A stretch of 64,000 bases of DNA from Candidatus Magasanikiibacteriota bacterium (GTDB lineage: Bacteria; Patescibacteriota; Patescibacteriia; Magasanikbacterales; GWA2-37-8), in the NCBI GenBank assembly GCA_016189025.1, contig JACPGS010000005.1, forward strand, positions 385 through 64,384, given 5' to 3'. Below, one piece after another: positions 35,996-44,959 of the stretch (its first letter is position 1; the number at the start of each line of letters is the position of its first letter). The notes beneath the pieces are model-generated. The model saw only the letters and a program-made list of their open reading frames with translations, did no database searches and was not told where the DNA came from. The position numbers and the translations under genes were made by a program.

Positions 35996-37940
35996 AATTT
36001 AATTTTTCCCTCCTCGCAAACTCTCTAAACCCCTCCGCAATCTCATCTAAATCGTGATCAAGCACTTTGCGACCTTTGCCATCGTACATATTACTCCCAT
36101 CGGGCATTTTTTTGTATACATAATCCCCGGAATTATTTTTGCCGCCCTTTTTGGATACGGCCATAAAAATTGGATAATCCTTTAGCGGCTCACCGGCCCA
36201 CTTTTGCAAGAACAATACGCTTGTTTTTACTCCAGCATGAGGTCTAAAAGTATTTTGATGCAAACCAATAACCGCAAGTATCCGTGCCCTTTCAAAAAGG
36301 TATTCACGGATATATTCCGCATTTGTATTATTTAAAATCCCCTGCGGCAACACTATTGCCATCCGCCCACCAGGCCGCAGTAAATCCAGGCAACGTTCGA
36401 TAAACAAAATATGTCGCTCAATTTTGTTTACCAGCCTGCCGTTCTTTTTGCCAAAGTTATACTGCCGGAGCAAACCTGGATCTTTAACTTCGCCGGCAAA
36501 CGGCGGATTGGTAAGGAGCACGTTAAAGTTAAAATAGTGAAAGGTGCGGCGATTTTCGGTATTGTCGGCGGCATTGCCCATATCTAATAGCCGCGTTTGC
36601 AATTTGGATCGCGCGTCAAGTAGCTGGGCATCTTCACCTTGCCACTCACGCGGGTCTAAAGAGTTGAGCTTAAACAAGTGCGACCGGCCGTCTCCGGCAA
36701 TGAGCATCAGCGCTCGCGATACCTTAGAAATTTCCTCGGCAAAATCTATACCCCAGACACGCTCTTTGGCATACTCGCGCATCGCCTCGTCGGAACTTTT
36801 GCAATGCTGATCACGCGCCCAGTACATAGCGCTGATTAAAAATCCGCCGGAGCCGGTAGCCGGATCAATAACATATTCATCGCGTTTTGGATCCAGCATT
36901 TTTACCGCCATAGAAATGACATGGCGCGGGGTAAAATATTGTCCTTTCTTACCTTTGGCTACTTCCGGAATAAGATATTCAAATGCTTCATCAATAATGG
37001 ACAAATCCGAACCGAATAAACGCGCCTTCTCCAATTCGCCCACCACTATCGATAAATGCTCCGGCGATAAATTAACATTCTCCTGTTCGTAAAAAGTACT
37101 GGGCCATTTTTTTATTGCTTGCTTGAACAAATTATTTATTGCTTGATAAGTGCGCGCAGTATCTTTGTATTTGCGAAACTGCACTTCGTTGTCCGGCCGG
37201 TGCAAACGCGCTTCCACTTCATCAAATAATTTTGCATAAATGAGTTTAAACACTTCGGTAAATACGTCAACGCCGGAGTTGGCCAGCACCAGTTCTTCCA
37301 TGTTCTTAATAATTTCGCGCAAATCCATTTTGGCACTGGTATATTCAAATAGTGTCTTTTTTGCTTCCAGTAAATCGTCTACAGTTTGGTCCGCCTTCGG
37401 CAAGTCGGGCAGAGTATCGTCAAATTCTTTGGGATACGGCCGGTATAAAATGATGTGCTTGTTGCCATTGGACCATAAACCAATTTCCGCGCCTTCGGAA
37501 TTAAGGTACGACTTAAGCTGTTCAATACCCTTTGCTTCTTTGGGGCTTTTTACTTCAACAATAATGTAAGGCGTAATTTGGTCTGGTTTATGTACCACAA
37601 TATCCGCTTTTTTGGCGTGGATTTCGCGGCCAAAATGTATTGATTTTTCGATGGCCAATCGATCGGCCGGATATTGATACCCGGCACGAAGTTTATGAAC
37701 CCACAGTTGGCGGATAATTTCTTCCGGGTGGCCCTTTTGCTTTTGATTATCGTACACTACGCGGTATTGGTCTGGCGCCAAAAGATCTTGTATATAATAT
37801 TTACCATCGTTGCGATTCACAATATAAAGTGCTTCATCTATTGCTATTCCCTCAAACTCTTTAAGGCCAAACCCGTCCAGTGAATTATGAAAAATTTTTG
37901 CGATGGCTTCTTTGACTTTATTTGGTTTTACAGTGGGCAT
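35988..37940 (-). CDS. hsdM: type I R-M N6-adenine DNA methyltransferase HsdM with an N-terminal extension of about 190 aa containing a PD-(D/E)xK-like motif
   Basis: LLTNPPFAGE motif IV and FTPRHV... motif I region. N-terminal ADIVVHKPDQITPYIIVEVKSPKE resembles an HsdR_N/Mrr-type nuclease core. Confidence 0.85.
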   Translation of the reverse strand: MPTVKPNKVKEAIAKIFHNSLDGFGLKEFEGIAIDEALYIVNRNDGKYYIQDLLAPDQYRVVYDNQKQKGHPEEIIRQLWVHKLRAGYQYPADRLAIEKSIHFGREIHAKKADIVVHKPDQITPYIIVEVKSPKEAKGIEQLKSYLNSEGAEIGLWSNGNKHIILYRPYPKEFDDTLPDLPKADQTVDDLLEAKKTLFEYTSAKMDLREIIKNMEELVLANSGVDVFTEVFKLIYAKLFDEVEARLHRPDNEVQFRKYKDTARTYQAINNLFKQAIKKWPSTFYEQENVNLSPEHLSIVVGELEKARLFGSDLSIIDEAFEYLIPEVAKGKKGQYFTPRHVISMAVKMLDPKRDEYVIDPATGSGGFLISAMYWARDQHCKSSDEAMREYAKERVWGIDFAEEISKVSRALMLIAGDGRSHLFKLNSLDPREWQGEDAQLLDARSKLQTRLLDMGNAADNTENRRTFHYFNFNVLLTNPPFAGEVKDPGLLRQYNFGKKNGRLVNKIERHILFIERCLDLLRPGGRMAIVLPQGILNNTNAEYIREYLFERARILAVIGLHQNTFRPHAGVKTSVLFLQKWAGEPLKDYPIFMAVSKKGGKNNSGDYVYKKMPDGSNMYDGKGRKVLDHDLDEIAEGFREFARREKLNFV

Positions 37941-37947
37941 AAAAAAA

Positions 37948-38586
37948 TTATTTGATGGGCAACCACTGCCCGCTTTTACTCACGGAAATAACTTTTCCCT
38001 TGAGTTCAATATTATCTTTAAACAAAATATTTTGGTATTTAGGATTCTCCGGCTTCAAAAACAAATAAGGCGGCTGATCGGTAGACATAAACCGCTTGAC
38101 GGTGGTTTCATCGTCCACCTGCGCAAAAACAATGTCGCCGGAGACAAAATACTTTTGAGTTTGCACCAATACCTGGTCGCCGTCATCAATACCGGCGTTA
38201 ATCATGGAGTCGCCGGAAATTCGCAAGACAAAAACCTCATCTTTTAGTTTAGCCAAGCCGCCCGGCAAGGTTTGCCACTCTCCGGTGATTGCGAGAGCTT
38301 GAATCGGTGGACCGCCGGCAGCAACTCCCATAAATGGCGCCATTGGCTGGCGACCAAGCGCCTCATAGCCAAGCGGCAAGAGTGTTAAACCCCGTGCCGC
38401 GGCCTCGCTCCGCTTGATATAGCCATTTTCAACCAACTTTTTTAGAAGATCAACCACCGATTGATTAGACGCAACTTTCAATTCCTCCCGCATCTCCTCA
38501 AAGGTCGGCGGGTAGCCGCTGCCTTGAAAATAGTCATAAATTATTCCAAGTAACTGTTTTTGTCGCTCGGTAATGTCCTTTTTCAT
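37948..38586 (-). CDS. lexA: LexA repressor (S24 peptidase)
   Basis: N-terminal winged-HTH, Ala-Gly cleavage-site region, GDSM catalytic Ser and VKR Lys. The annotated first codon is TTG, so start is taken at the ATG (MKKDITERQ). Only 8 nt from the hsdM start. Confidence 0.8.
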   Translation of the reverse strand: MKKDITERQKQLLGIIYDYFQGSGYPPTFEEMREELKVASNQSVVDLLKKLVENGYIKRSEAAARGLTLLPLGYEALGRQPMAPFMGVAAGGPPIQALAITGEWQTLPGGLAKLKDEVFVLRISGDSMINAGIDDGDQVLVQTQKYFVSGDIVFAQVDDETTVKRFMSTDQPPYLFLKPENPKYQNILFKDNIELKGKVISVSKSGQWLPIK

Positions 38587-38591
38587 ACCCA

Positions 38592-38622
38592 AATAGTATA
38601 CCCGACTATTTGTACAGGTACA
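38592..38622. promoter_or_regulatory. candidate LexA operator palindromes just upstream of lexA
   Basis: AATAGTatacccgACTATT followed by TGTACAggTACA, in the lexA / ATP-grasp divergent intergenic region. Confidence 0.25.
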
Positions 38623-38685
38623 ATGACTCCCCCCTGTGGATAACCAATCTTCGTTAAACTGGTTACCGAATTCTCATAAAAACAT

Positions 38686-40014
38686 ATGCCCTGTCGCCAC
38701 TCATTCATTCCCAGTTTATTTATTGCCAACTACCCACTTTTCTCGTATAATCCCGCTATTATGCCAGCGCTAGAAAACCGGCTAAAATTCACTCCCCTGG
38801 TTTATGTCACGCGAGATTTAGAGCGAGCTTTAGGGCTGCCCCTAAAAACTAAAAATTATTACCTGGTAACTAACGCCACGCCCTTTGCCAAGGCCACGGC
38901 TGCCGCGGCGGCGCGCGTGCTCTTGATAAAAGCAAAGGAACCGCTGGATACCCGCGAGCTGCTGCAACATCCGCCGACGATAAACTTCATCAAAAAAATG
39001 AAGAGGCAACCGGCTATTTTAGTTTTTAAAAATACTCCGCAAATAGAAAGAATCTGCGCGGCGCGGGGATGGCGCTTGCTGAACCCGAGCGCCGAGCTAG
39101 CCAATCGCGTGGAAGAAAAAATTTCGCAGTTAGAGTGGCTCGGGCCGCTAAAAAAATATTTGCCGCCGCATCAGGTGATGCTGGGCAAAGACTTGGCGTG
39201 GCAAAACAAAAAATTCATCCTCCAATTCAACCGCGCCCACACCGGACTCGGCACCATGCTAATTGAATCGGCCAGACAAATCCAGGAATTAAAAAAGAAA
39301 TTCCCCCGGCGTGAGGTACGCGTGACTAAATTTATCTCGGGGCCGATCTTTACTGTCAATAGCGTGGTGTGGGGCAATCGCGTGCTGGTCGGCAACATCA
39401 GTTACCAAATTACCGGCTTGGCGCCGTTTACTGACCAGCCCTTTGCCACGATTGGCAATGACTGGGCGTTGGCGAACCAAGCGCTAAGCTATCAACAGGG
39501 TAAGCAGATTAAGCAGATTCAACGTATCGCGATTGACATAGGGAAACGGCTGAGGGACGACGGGTGGCGAGGACTGTTTGGGATTGATGTAGTAGTAGAA
39601 GAAACCACCGGACGCGTTTATCTGCTAGAAATTAACGCCCGCCAGCCGGCCAGCGCGGCGTATGAGTCGCAGTTACAGGCGAGGAATAAAGGATCAAGTA
39701 GCAAGTACAAGGTATCGACATTTGAAGCGCATTTGGCCGCCTTACTCGGTCTCCCTCTTGCTCGCCCTGCTCTAATTCCCATTACCGCTGGAGCGCAAAT
39801 TATCCAGCGGGTCATTCGCTCCGCTTCCCCGCTTCCCGCTTCCCGCTTCGCTCTTACCAAATTATCCCACGCTGGCTTCACCATCATCCCCTATGCCAAC
39901 CCCCGCCCCGGCGCCGACCGGTTGCGCATCCAGAGCAAACAAGGAATAATGAAAGGGCATAACGAACTTAATACTGCTGGCAAGGGGATTGCTTCGTCGC
40001 GGAGTTTACACTGA
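38686..40014 (+). CDS. ATP-grasp superfamily protein (C-terminal ATP-grasp fold; N-terminal domain of unknown function)
   Basis: GIDVVVEETTGRVYLLEINARQ matches the ATP-grasp Mg/ATP-binding motif. Alternative start at 38761. Confidence 0.6.
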   Translation: MPCRHSFIPSLFIANYPLFSYNPAIMPALENRLKFTPLVYVTRDLERALGLPLKTKNYYLVTNATPFAKATAAAAARVLLIKAKEPLDTRELLQHPPTINFIKKMKRQPAILVFKNTPQIERICAARGWRLLNPSAELANRVEEKISQLEWLGPLKKYLPPHQVMLGKDLAWQNKKFILQFNRAHTGLGTMLIESARQIQELKKKFPRREVRVTKFISGPIFTVNSVVWGNRVLVGNISYQITGLAPFTDQPFATIGNDWALANQALSYQQGKQIKQIQRIAIDIGKRLRDDGWRGLFGIDVVVEETTGRVYLLEINARQPASAAYESQLQARNKGSSSKYKVSTFEAHLAALLGLPLARPALIPITAGAQIIQRVIRSASPLPASRFALTKLSHAGFTIIPYANPRPGADRLRIQSKQGIMKGHNELNTAGKGIASSRSLH

Positions 40015-40051
40015 GCGGAGCGAATGTGCTCCTCGCAATGACACCATTTAT

Positions 40052-40819
40052 ATGCTCTCTGAACCAGCTCAACAAATTATCAACCGCTACCTCCACCTCC
40101 CTTTCAAAAATTTAAGCGGGGTGGGTTGCCCTTATTTTTTGAATAAAGGAAACCGGGTGCGGGGGGGCCTGCGGGCGCTGATCGGCAAAGGCAGCCCGGA
40201 GGATATTAGGGAAGAGGCGATGATTATTTCCCTGCGCGATAAAATTGAACTCGCGGGTTTGAATGCTGAACAATTGAAAAAATTTCTGGTAGACCACCGG
40301 CTGGGGGTGGACTGCTCGGCGCTCTTGTACTACGCCCTGGAGGCGGAATGCCGGGCACGCGGTTTAGGCAAATTAAAAAATCTGCTGCGTTTTCCGACCC
40401 AAAACCCCTGGCGTAAACTGCTGATTAAATTGCGTCCGGTGGAAAATACCAGCGTGCGGGTATTCGCGGCCCCGGAAAACAGCCGGGCAATCGCTCTAGC
40501 CGAAGCAGCGGCCGGAGATTTTATTATTGTCCTCAACTGGGACCCGGCGGAACATTACGATCATATTATGCTGATTCACGATGTTACGCGCTCTACTGAT
40601 GCACCGCCCGTCCTCCATTATACTCACTCCCTGCGCTGGGCTACGGACGGACGCTATCACCACGGCGTGCGCCAGGGAACGATTGAGGTTATTCACCCCG
40701 CCGCTCCCCTTACCGCCCAGCGCTGGACCGAACAAGGCAAAACCGATACCGACAACGAAACCTTCACCCGCGCCCAACGCGCGGAAAAAATTGAACTACG
40801 CAGATTGAAAATCCTATAA
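40052..40819 (+). CDS. hypothetical protein with possible Cys/His (papain- or transglutaminase-like) catalytic pair
   Basis: GVDCSALLYYALE ... DHIMLIHDV. Sits downstream of the ATP-grasp gene. Confidence 0.35.
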   Translation: MLSEPAQQIINRYLHLPFKNLSGVGCPYFLNKGNRVRGGLRALIGKGSPEDIREEAMIISLRDKIELAGLNAEQLKKFLVDHRLGVDCSALLYYALEAECRARGLGKLKNLLRFPTQNPWRKLLIKLRPVENTSVRVFAAPENSRAIALAEAAAGDFIIVLNWDPAEHYDHIMLIHDVTRSTDAPPVLHYTHSLRWATDGRYHHGVRQGTIEVIHPAAPLTAQRWTEQGKTDTDNETFTRAQRAEKIELRRLKIL

Positions 40820-40917
40820 AAACAAAGCGACTCCGGGCGTTCGCTAACAATAAATACTGTTAGCGTCATATGCCGAAGTCGTCGCTGCTTCCCAACATAT
40901 TCAAGTAATATTGAATA

Positions 40918-41307
40918 TTACAGGAAGTAGAAAGAAGTTTCGAGGCCGCTGCCGGCTGATTCCGGCCGGATAAAGATTCTCTGCGGTGGTTGATAAGTCG
41001 TGATACTCCAGCGACCGGTAAATTGGCCATCTTCATACACGGCCCTCTCTACCTCCTGGAGTTCACCAATCCAAGTAGTACCATGCCGCAGTTTATGCTT
41101 CAGAACGATTTTGAGTTGTGCCTCAACTCCGGTAGGATCAACTACCTGGAAATACAGCGACCGACCAGCTCTCTGGAAGCGCCGTAATAACTCTTCGTTC
41201 TGAACCTTGGGTAAAGGTTCTTTCCACTCCCATCCTTTCTCCATTGGGAAGCTCCTTTTGTTCTCGCACAAAACCGCAACTATTGCGGCACTGACGAAGA
41301 ACACCAT
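40918..41307 (-). CDS. hypothetical protein
   Basis: ORF only. Confidence 0.3.
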   Translation of the reverse strand: MVFFVSAAIVAVLCENKRSFPMEKGWEWKEPLPKVQNEELLRRFQRAGRSLYFQVVDPTGVEAQLKIVLKHKLRHGTTWIGELQEVERAVYEDGQFTGRWSITTYQPPQRIFIRPESAGSGLETSFYFL

Positions 41308-41361
41308 AGTCTACCATAATTCCTTGCTTTTGTCAAGTCCTTCTGCTAAAATACGGCGGCT

Positions 41362-42495
41362 ATGATGTTGCCGCCGGAACAACTGGCGCTCTTGCGCACG
41401 GCCATTTTCTATGGCCTAATTTCGTCTTTAGCGGCCTTTGCCTGGGCGCCGCTCCTGATTAAGTTTCTCTACCGCTTCCGAATTGTCCGCGATAAAGAAT
41501 ACGACGCCACGCTCGCCCTGGGCGAACGCAAAAACAAGGCCGGCGTGCCGGTGATGGGCGGCTTATTGGTAGTGCTCACCGTGGCGGCGATTACTATGCT
41601 ATTTAACTGGGAGCGGCGTTTTACCTGGGTGCCCATTGGCGTAATGCTGCTGTCCGCCGCGCTCGGCGGTTTTGACGATATTCTTAACAATGTGATCGGC
41701 CGGGAACGGCGCCTGCGCACCATCCCCCATGTACTGCGGCTGATTTGGGTGCACCGCGAATGGCGCCAGCGGCTGTGGTACGCCGTTACTCTCCCCTGGA
41801 CGATTTTTCAACGTTTGAGTCTGCGCCTGGGCTCCCACCCGGGCAAAGGCCTGCACGTGCACGAACGGCTGATTTTTCAATTTTTGGCCGGCGCGATCAC
41901 CGCCTGGTGGATCTATAGCAAACTGGGGGCGCAGTGGCGCGAGGTTTATTTTCCGTTTGACGGATATGTCAACATCGGCGGCTGGATTATTCCGCTGATT
42001 ATTCTCTTTGTGATGCTCACCGCCAATGCGGTAAACATCGCCGATGGCATGGATGGCCTGGCCGGCGGCGCCCTGATGATTACTTTTTGCGCTCTGACGC
42101 TGATTAGCTGGCTGGACGGTTACCCGGCGATTACTCTGCTTAACGCTACCGTGGTCGGCGCGCTGATTACCTATACTTATTTCAACATCAAGCCGGCGCG
42201 CTTCCAGATGGGCGATGTCGGCTCGCTCGGCCTCGGCGCGCTCCTCGCCATCAATACCATTGTCATCAACCGGATGCTGCTCTTGCCCTTATTCGGCTTT
42301 ATTTTTTTTGTAGAATTAGGGAGCGTCATCATTCAACTCTCCGGACGCTACCTCCTAGGCCGGCGCATTTTCCGCATGGCGCCCCTGCATCACCACTTTG
42401 AACTGCGGGGCTGGAGCGAGGAAAAAACCGTCATGCGCTTTTGGATTCTGCATGCGGCGGCGGTACTCTTGGGGCTGTGGGTAGCTCTCTATTGA
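41362..42495 (+). CDS. mraY: phospho-N-acetylmuramoyl-pentapeptide transferase (MraY; glycosyltransferase family 4)
   Basis: NAVNIADGMDGLAGG motif and about 10 TM helices; Mur ligase nearby. Confidence 0.65.
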   Translation: MMLPPEQLALLRTAIFYGLISSLAAFAWAPLLIKFLYRFRIVRDKEYDATLALGERKNKAGVPVMGGLLVVLTVAAITMLFNWERRFTWVPIGVMLLSAALGGFDDILNNVIGRERRLRTIPHVLRLIWVHREWRQRLWYAVTLPWTIFQRLSLRLGSHPGKGLHVHERLIFQFLAGAITAWWIYSKLGAQWREVYFPFDGYVNIGGWIIPLIILFVMLTANAVNIADGMDGLAGGALMITFCALTLISWLDGYPAITLLNATVVGALITYTYFNIKPARFQMGDVGSLGLGALLAINTIVINRMLLLPLFGFIFFVELGSVIIQLSGRYLLGRRIFRMAPLHHHFELRGWSEEKTVMRFWILHAAAVLLGLWVALY

Positions 42496-42496
42496 T

Positions 42497-43750
42497 ATGC
42501 GAGAAAATTTTATCTTTCCTGATTACGAGGGCGACTGCCTCTCAAATGTGCCGCGTCTGGCGCAATCGCTATTAGGAATACCGGCCGAAGAAAATCCCTT
42601 GGCCAAGCTGATACCGGCTGATTTAGCCGGCCGGCCGGCGCCAAAAGTAATCCTGGTCTTGGTAGACGGCCTGGGCTGGAAGCAGTTCCAGGCCAGCGCT
42701 TTAACGCATCAGTTTTTTCAAAATTTAATGGCTAAAGGAGGGGCGCGTCCCCTTACCAGCGTCTTTCCCTCCACTACTGCCGCGGCCCTCTCTACCCTGC
42801 ACACCGGCCTCACTCCCCAAGAGCACGGACTGTTGGAATGGCGGGTATATTACGATGAGCTGGATCAGGTAGTGATTACTCTGCCGTTTACTACTTCGGA
42901 CAAAGAAGGGCCGGATAGCCTGCTGAAAAAAGGCGTGGACCCCAAACTGCTGATTGAGGCGCCGACGATTTACCAAAAGCTGAAAACTCAAGGCATCCCT
43001 TCTTTTGTATTTGCCAGCAAAGTTACGGCCCACGGCGCTTATTCCGGCCGCGTGCACGCCGGCGCTACTTCTATTGTTCACACCAACCTTTCGGACCTGC
43101 TGGTGAATCTGCGCGAAAAACTGGCCGCGGTCAGCGGGCCGGCGTATTTTTTTGTCTACTGGGAACTGTTTGATTCCATTGCCCACCACTATGGCCCGGG
43201 GAGCCGCCAGGCCGAGGCGGAGCTGGCAAGCCTGGCGCTGTTGTGGCAGAAAATTTTTGTGGAAGCGGTGGAACCGGCTGCCGCCCGTGATACAATTCTC
43301 CTCTTAACCGCCGACCACGGCCTGATTGATTTTGACCCGGCGACCACCGTGTACCTTACCGACTATCCCGAAATCATGGAGCTATTGGCAATTAGCCCGG
43401 CGGGCAAAAGAATCATGCCCTGGGGCAGTCCGCGCGACGTTTTTTTGCGGGCGCGGGAAGGGCAGATTACCGAGTTGCGTACCAAACTGGAGGCGCTCCT
43501 CGGCGAGCGGGCAGTAGTGGTGCCGACGGGGGAGCTACAGCAGGAGGGGCGATTCGGCTTGGGCGCTCCCCACCCAGCCTGGTTACGCCGTCTGGGCGAT
43601 TTGGTAATTCTTGCCCGCGATCACCAGGTAGTGTGGTACGAAGTTGCCCCGGGCGAGCGGGTGTTCAAACGCGGCATGCATGGGGGTTTGCACCCGGAAG
43701 AGATGCAGATTCCGCTCGCTATCACTCGGCTAACTGATTTACCAGAATAA
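42497..43750 (+). CDS. alkaline-phosphatase-superfamily metalloenzyme (phosphodiesterase / nucleotide pyrophosphatase / phosphomutase-like)
   Basis: VILVLVDGLGW metal-binding N-terminal motif and a TADHG motif. Confidence 0.55.
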   Translation: MRENFIFPDYEGDCLSNVPRLAQSLLGIPAEENPLAKLIPADLAGRPAPKVILVLVDGLGWKQFQASALTHQFFQNLMAKGGARPLTSVFPSTTAAALSTLHTGLTPQEHGLLEWRVYYDELDQVVITLPFTTSDKEGPDSLLKKGVDPKLLIEAPTIYQKLKTQGIPSFVFASKVTAHGAYSGRVHAGATSIVHTNLSDLLVNLREKLAAVSGPAYFFVYWELFDSIAHHYGPGSRQAEAELASLALLWQKIFVEAVEPAAARDTILLLTADHGLIDFDPATTVYLTDYPEIMELLAISPAGKRIMPWGSPRDVFLRAREGQITELRTKLEALLGERAVVVPTGELQQEGRFGLGAPHPAWLRRLGDLVILARDHQVVWYEVAPGERVFKRGMHGGLHPEEMQIPLAITRLTDLPE

Positions 43751-43753
43751 TCC

Positions 43754-44587
43754 ATGGCCTATTTTTCTTGGGGGCAACAAACTCTTACCGACTGGTCGGA
43801 CGCGGCAATCAATACCGCCTACGCTCAAGGCTATCTGTTTACGCGCCTGGGCAAGGGAGTGATGAATCAAACGCGCAGTCTGCGGATTGATTTGACAAAA
43901 TTTGAGCTGACCAGCGAAAACCGCCGGGTGCTGCACAAAACTGAAGCATTGAGTTTAGAAAAATTTCCTCTCCCCTACGCCAACTACCACTGGACGATCG
44001 GTAAGATGGCCAAAGACTTTTATGAACACAAATTTGGTTCGGGTACTTTCAGCGCCTTTAAAATTAAAGAATTGATGACTGATGAAGCCAAGAGTAATTT
44101 TAATACATTATTAGTGTATTCGCTGCCTATTGTCATTCTGAACGATGCCGCGACCTCGTCGGGGCATCGTGAAGAATTTCTATCCCCATCGCCAAACGGA
44201 CAGAGATCCTTCCCCCTCAACCCGGCTCGGGGTCAGGATGACAAAACGGCGATCGGCTACTGCATCGCCCGCGAAACTCGCGAACTGCTCCACTACGCCT
44301 ATCCGTTCTATCTTCTATCAGCTATCCGTTCGGCAGTGGATTCGGCAAGCTCACCACCGGTCTCAAGGCAGGCCAGCTACCAGCTACTGCCTAATACCGG
44401 TATTGGCATAATGCTCCGCGCTATCCTCTGGGCCAAAGACCGGGGCAAACAATACCTCTATCTTGGTTCTTTCTCGCGTCTAGCTGATACCTACAAACTG
44501 CAGTTTGCGGGATTGGAGTGGTGGAGTGGGAGGGGATGGAAAAAGGATTTAGATAAATTAAAAAAGATTTTAACACCAAAAATATGA
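43754..44587 (+). CDS. hypothetical protein, possibly aminoacyl-tRNA-protein transferase-like (Ate1/Bpt C-terminal-like motif)
   Basis: C-terminal YLYLGSFS..ADTYKLQFAGLEWW pattern. Confidence 0.3.
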   Translation: MAYFSWGQQTLTDWSDAAINTAYAQGYLFTRLGKGVMNQTRSLRIDLTKFELTSENRRVLHKTEALSLEKFPLPYANYHWTIGKMAKDFYEHKFGSGTFSAFKIKELMTDEAKSNFNTLLVYSLPIVILNDAATSSGHREEFLSPSPNGQRSFPLNPARGQDDKTAIGYCIARETRELLHYAYPFYLLSAIRSAVDSASSPPVSRQASYQLLPNTGIGIMLRAILWAKDRGKQYLYLGSFSRLADTYKLQFAGLEWWSGRGWKKDLDKLKKILTPKI

Positions 44588-44943
44588 CGGACATTGATCC
44601 GATGAGAAAAAAATTTGCAGAAATTATAGAGGAGATGCTGGAAGAATTAGTTGAGCGAGTAAGGGTGCCGCCAGAAACTAAAGAATACATCAAACAAAAA
44701 CTGACTCGCTTTTGGGATGAGACATCGATTACGGGAAAGTTAAATTTTCACGATCGAGTACGAGAAGCTTTTTTTCTTTTTAATAATCCGCAAAATCATC
44801 CGGAAAAAAATAGACAAGCGGTACTTGAAATTGTCAAACATTTACTCCCAATAGAAATGACGGAATTATTCATCTTAGGAAGTGAATTTCAAAAAAGAGA
44901 AGGCGAGCCTGATGCCAAAATTATTCCGTTTAAAAAAAAGTAA
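44584..44943 (+). CDS. hypothetical protein (119 aa)
   Basis: ORF only; overlaps its neighbours. Confidence 0.3.
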   Translation: MTDIDPMRKKFAEIIEEMLEELVERVRVPPETKEYIKQKLTRFWDETSITGKLNFHDRVREAFFLFNNPQNHPEKNRQAVLEIVKHLLPIEMTELFILGSEFQKREGEPDAKIIPFKKK

Positions 44944-44959
44944 AAACACTGATCGGTTT

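Noticed and set aside
36544-37883. Plus-strand ORFs inside hsdM (36544..36810, 37240..37569, 37674..37883)
   Set aside because: Antisense to a conserved methyltransferase gene; Ser-rich low-complexity translations.
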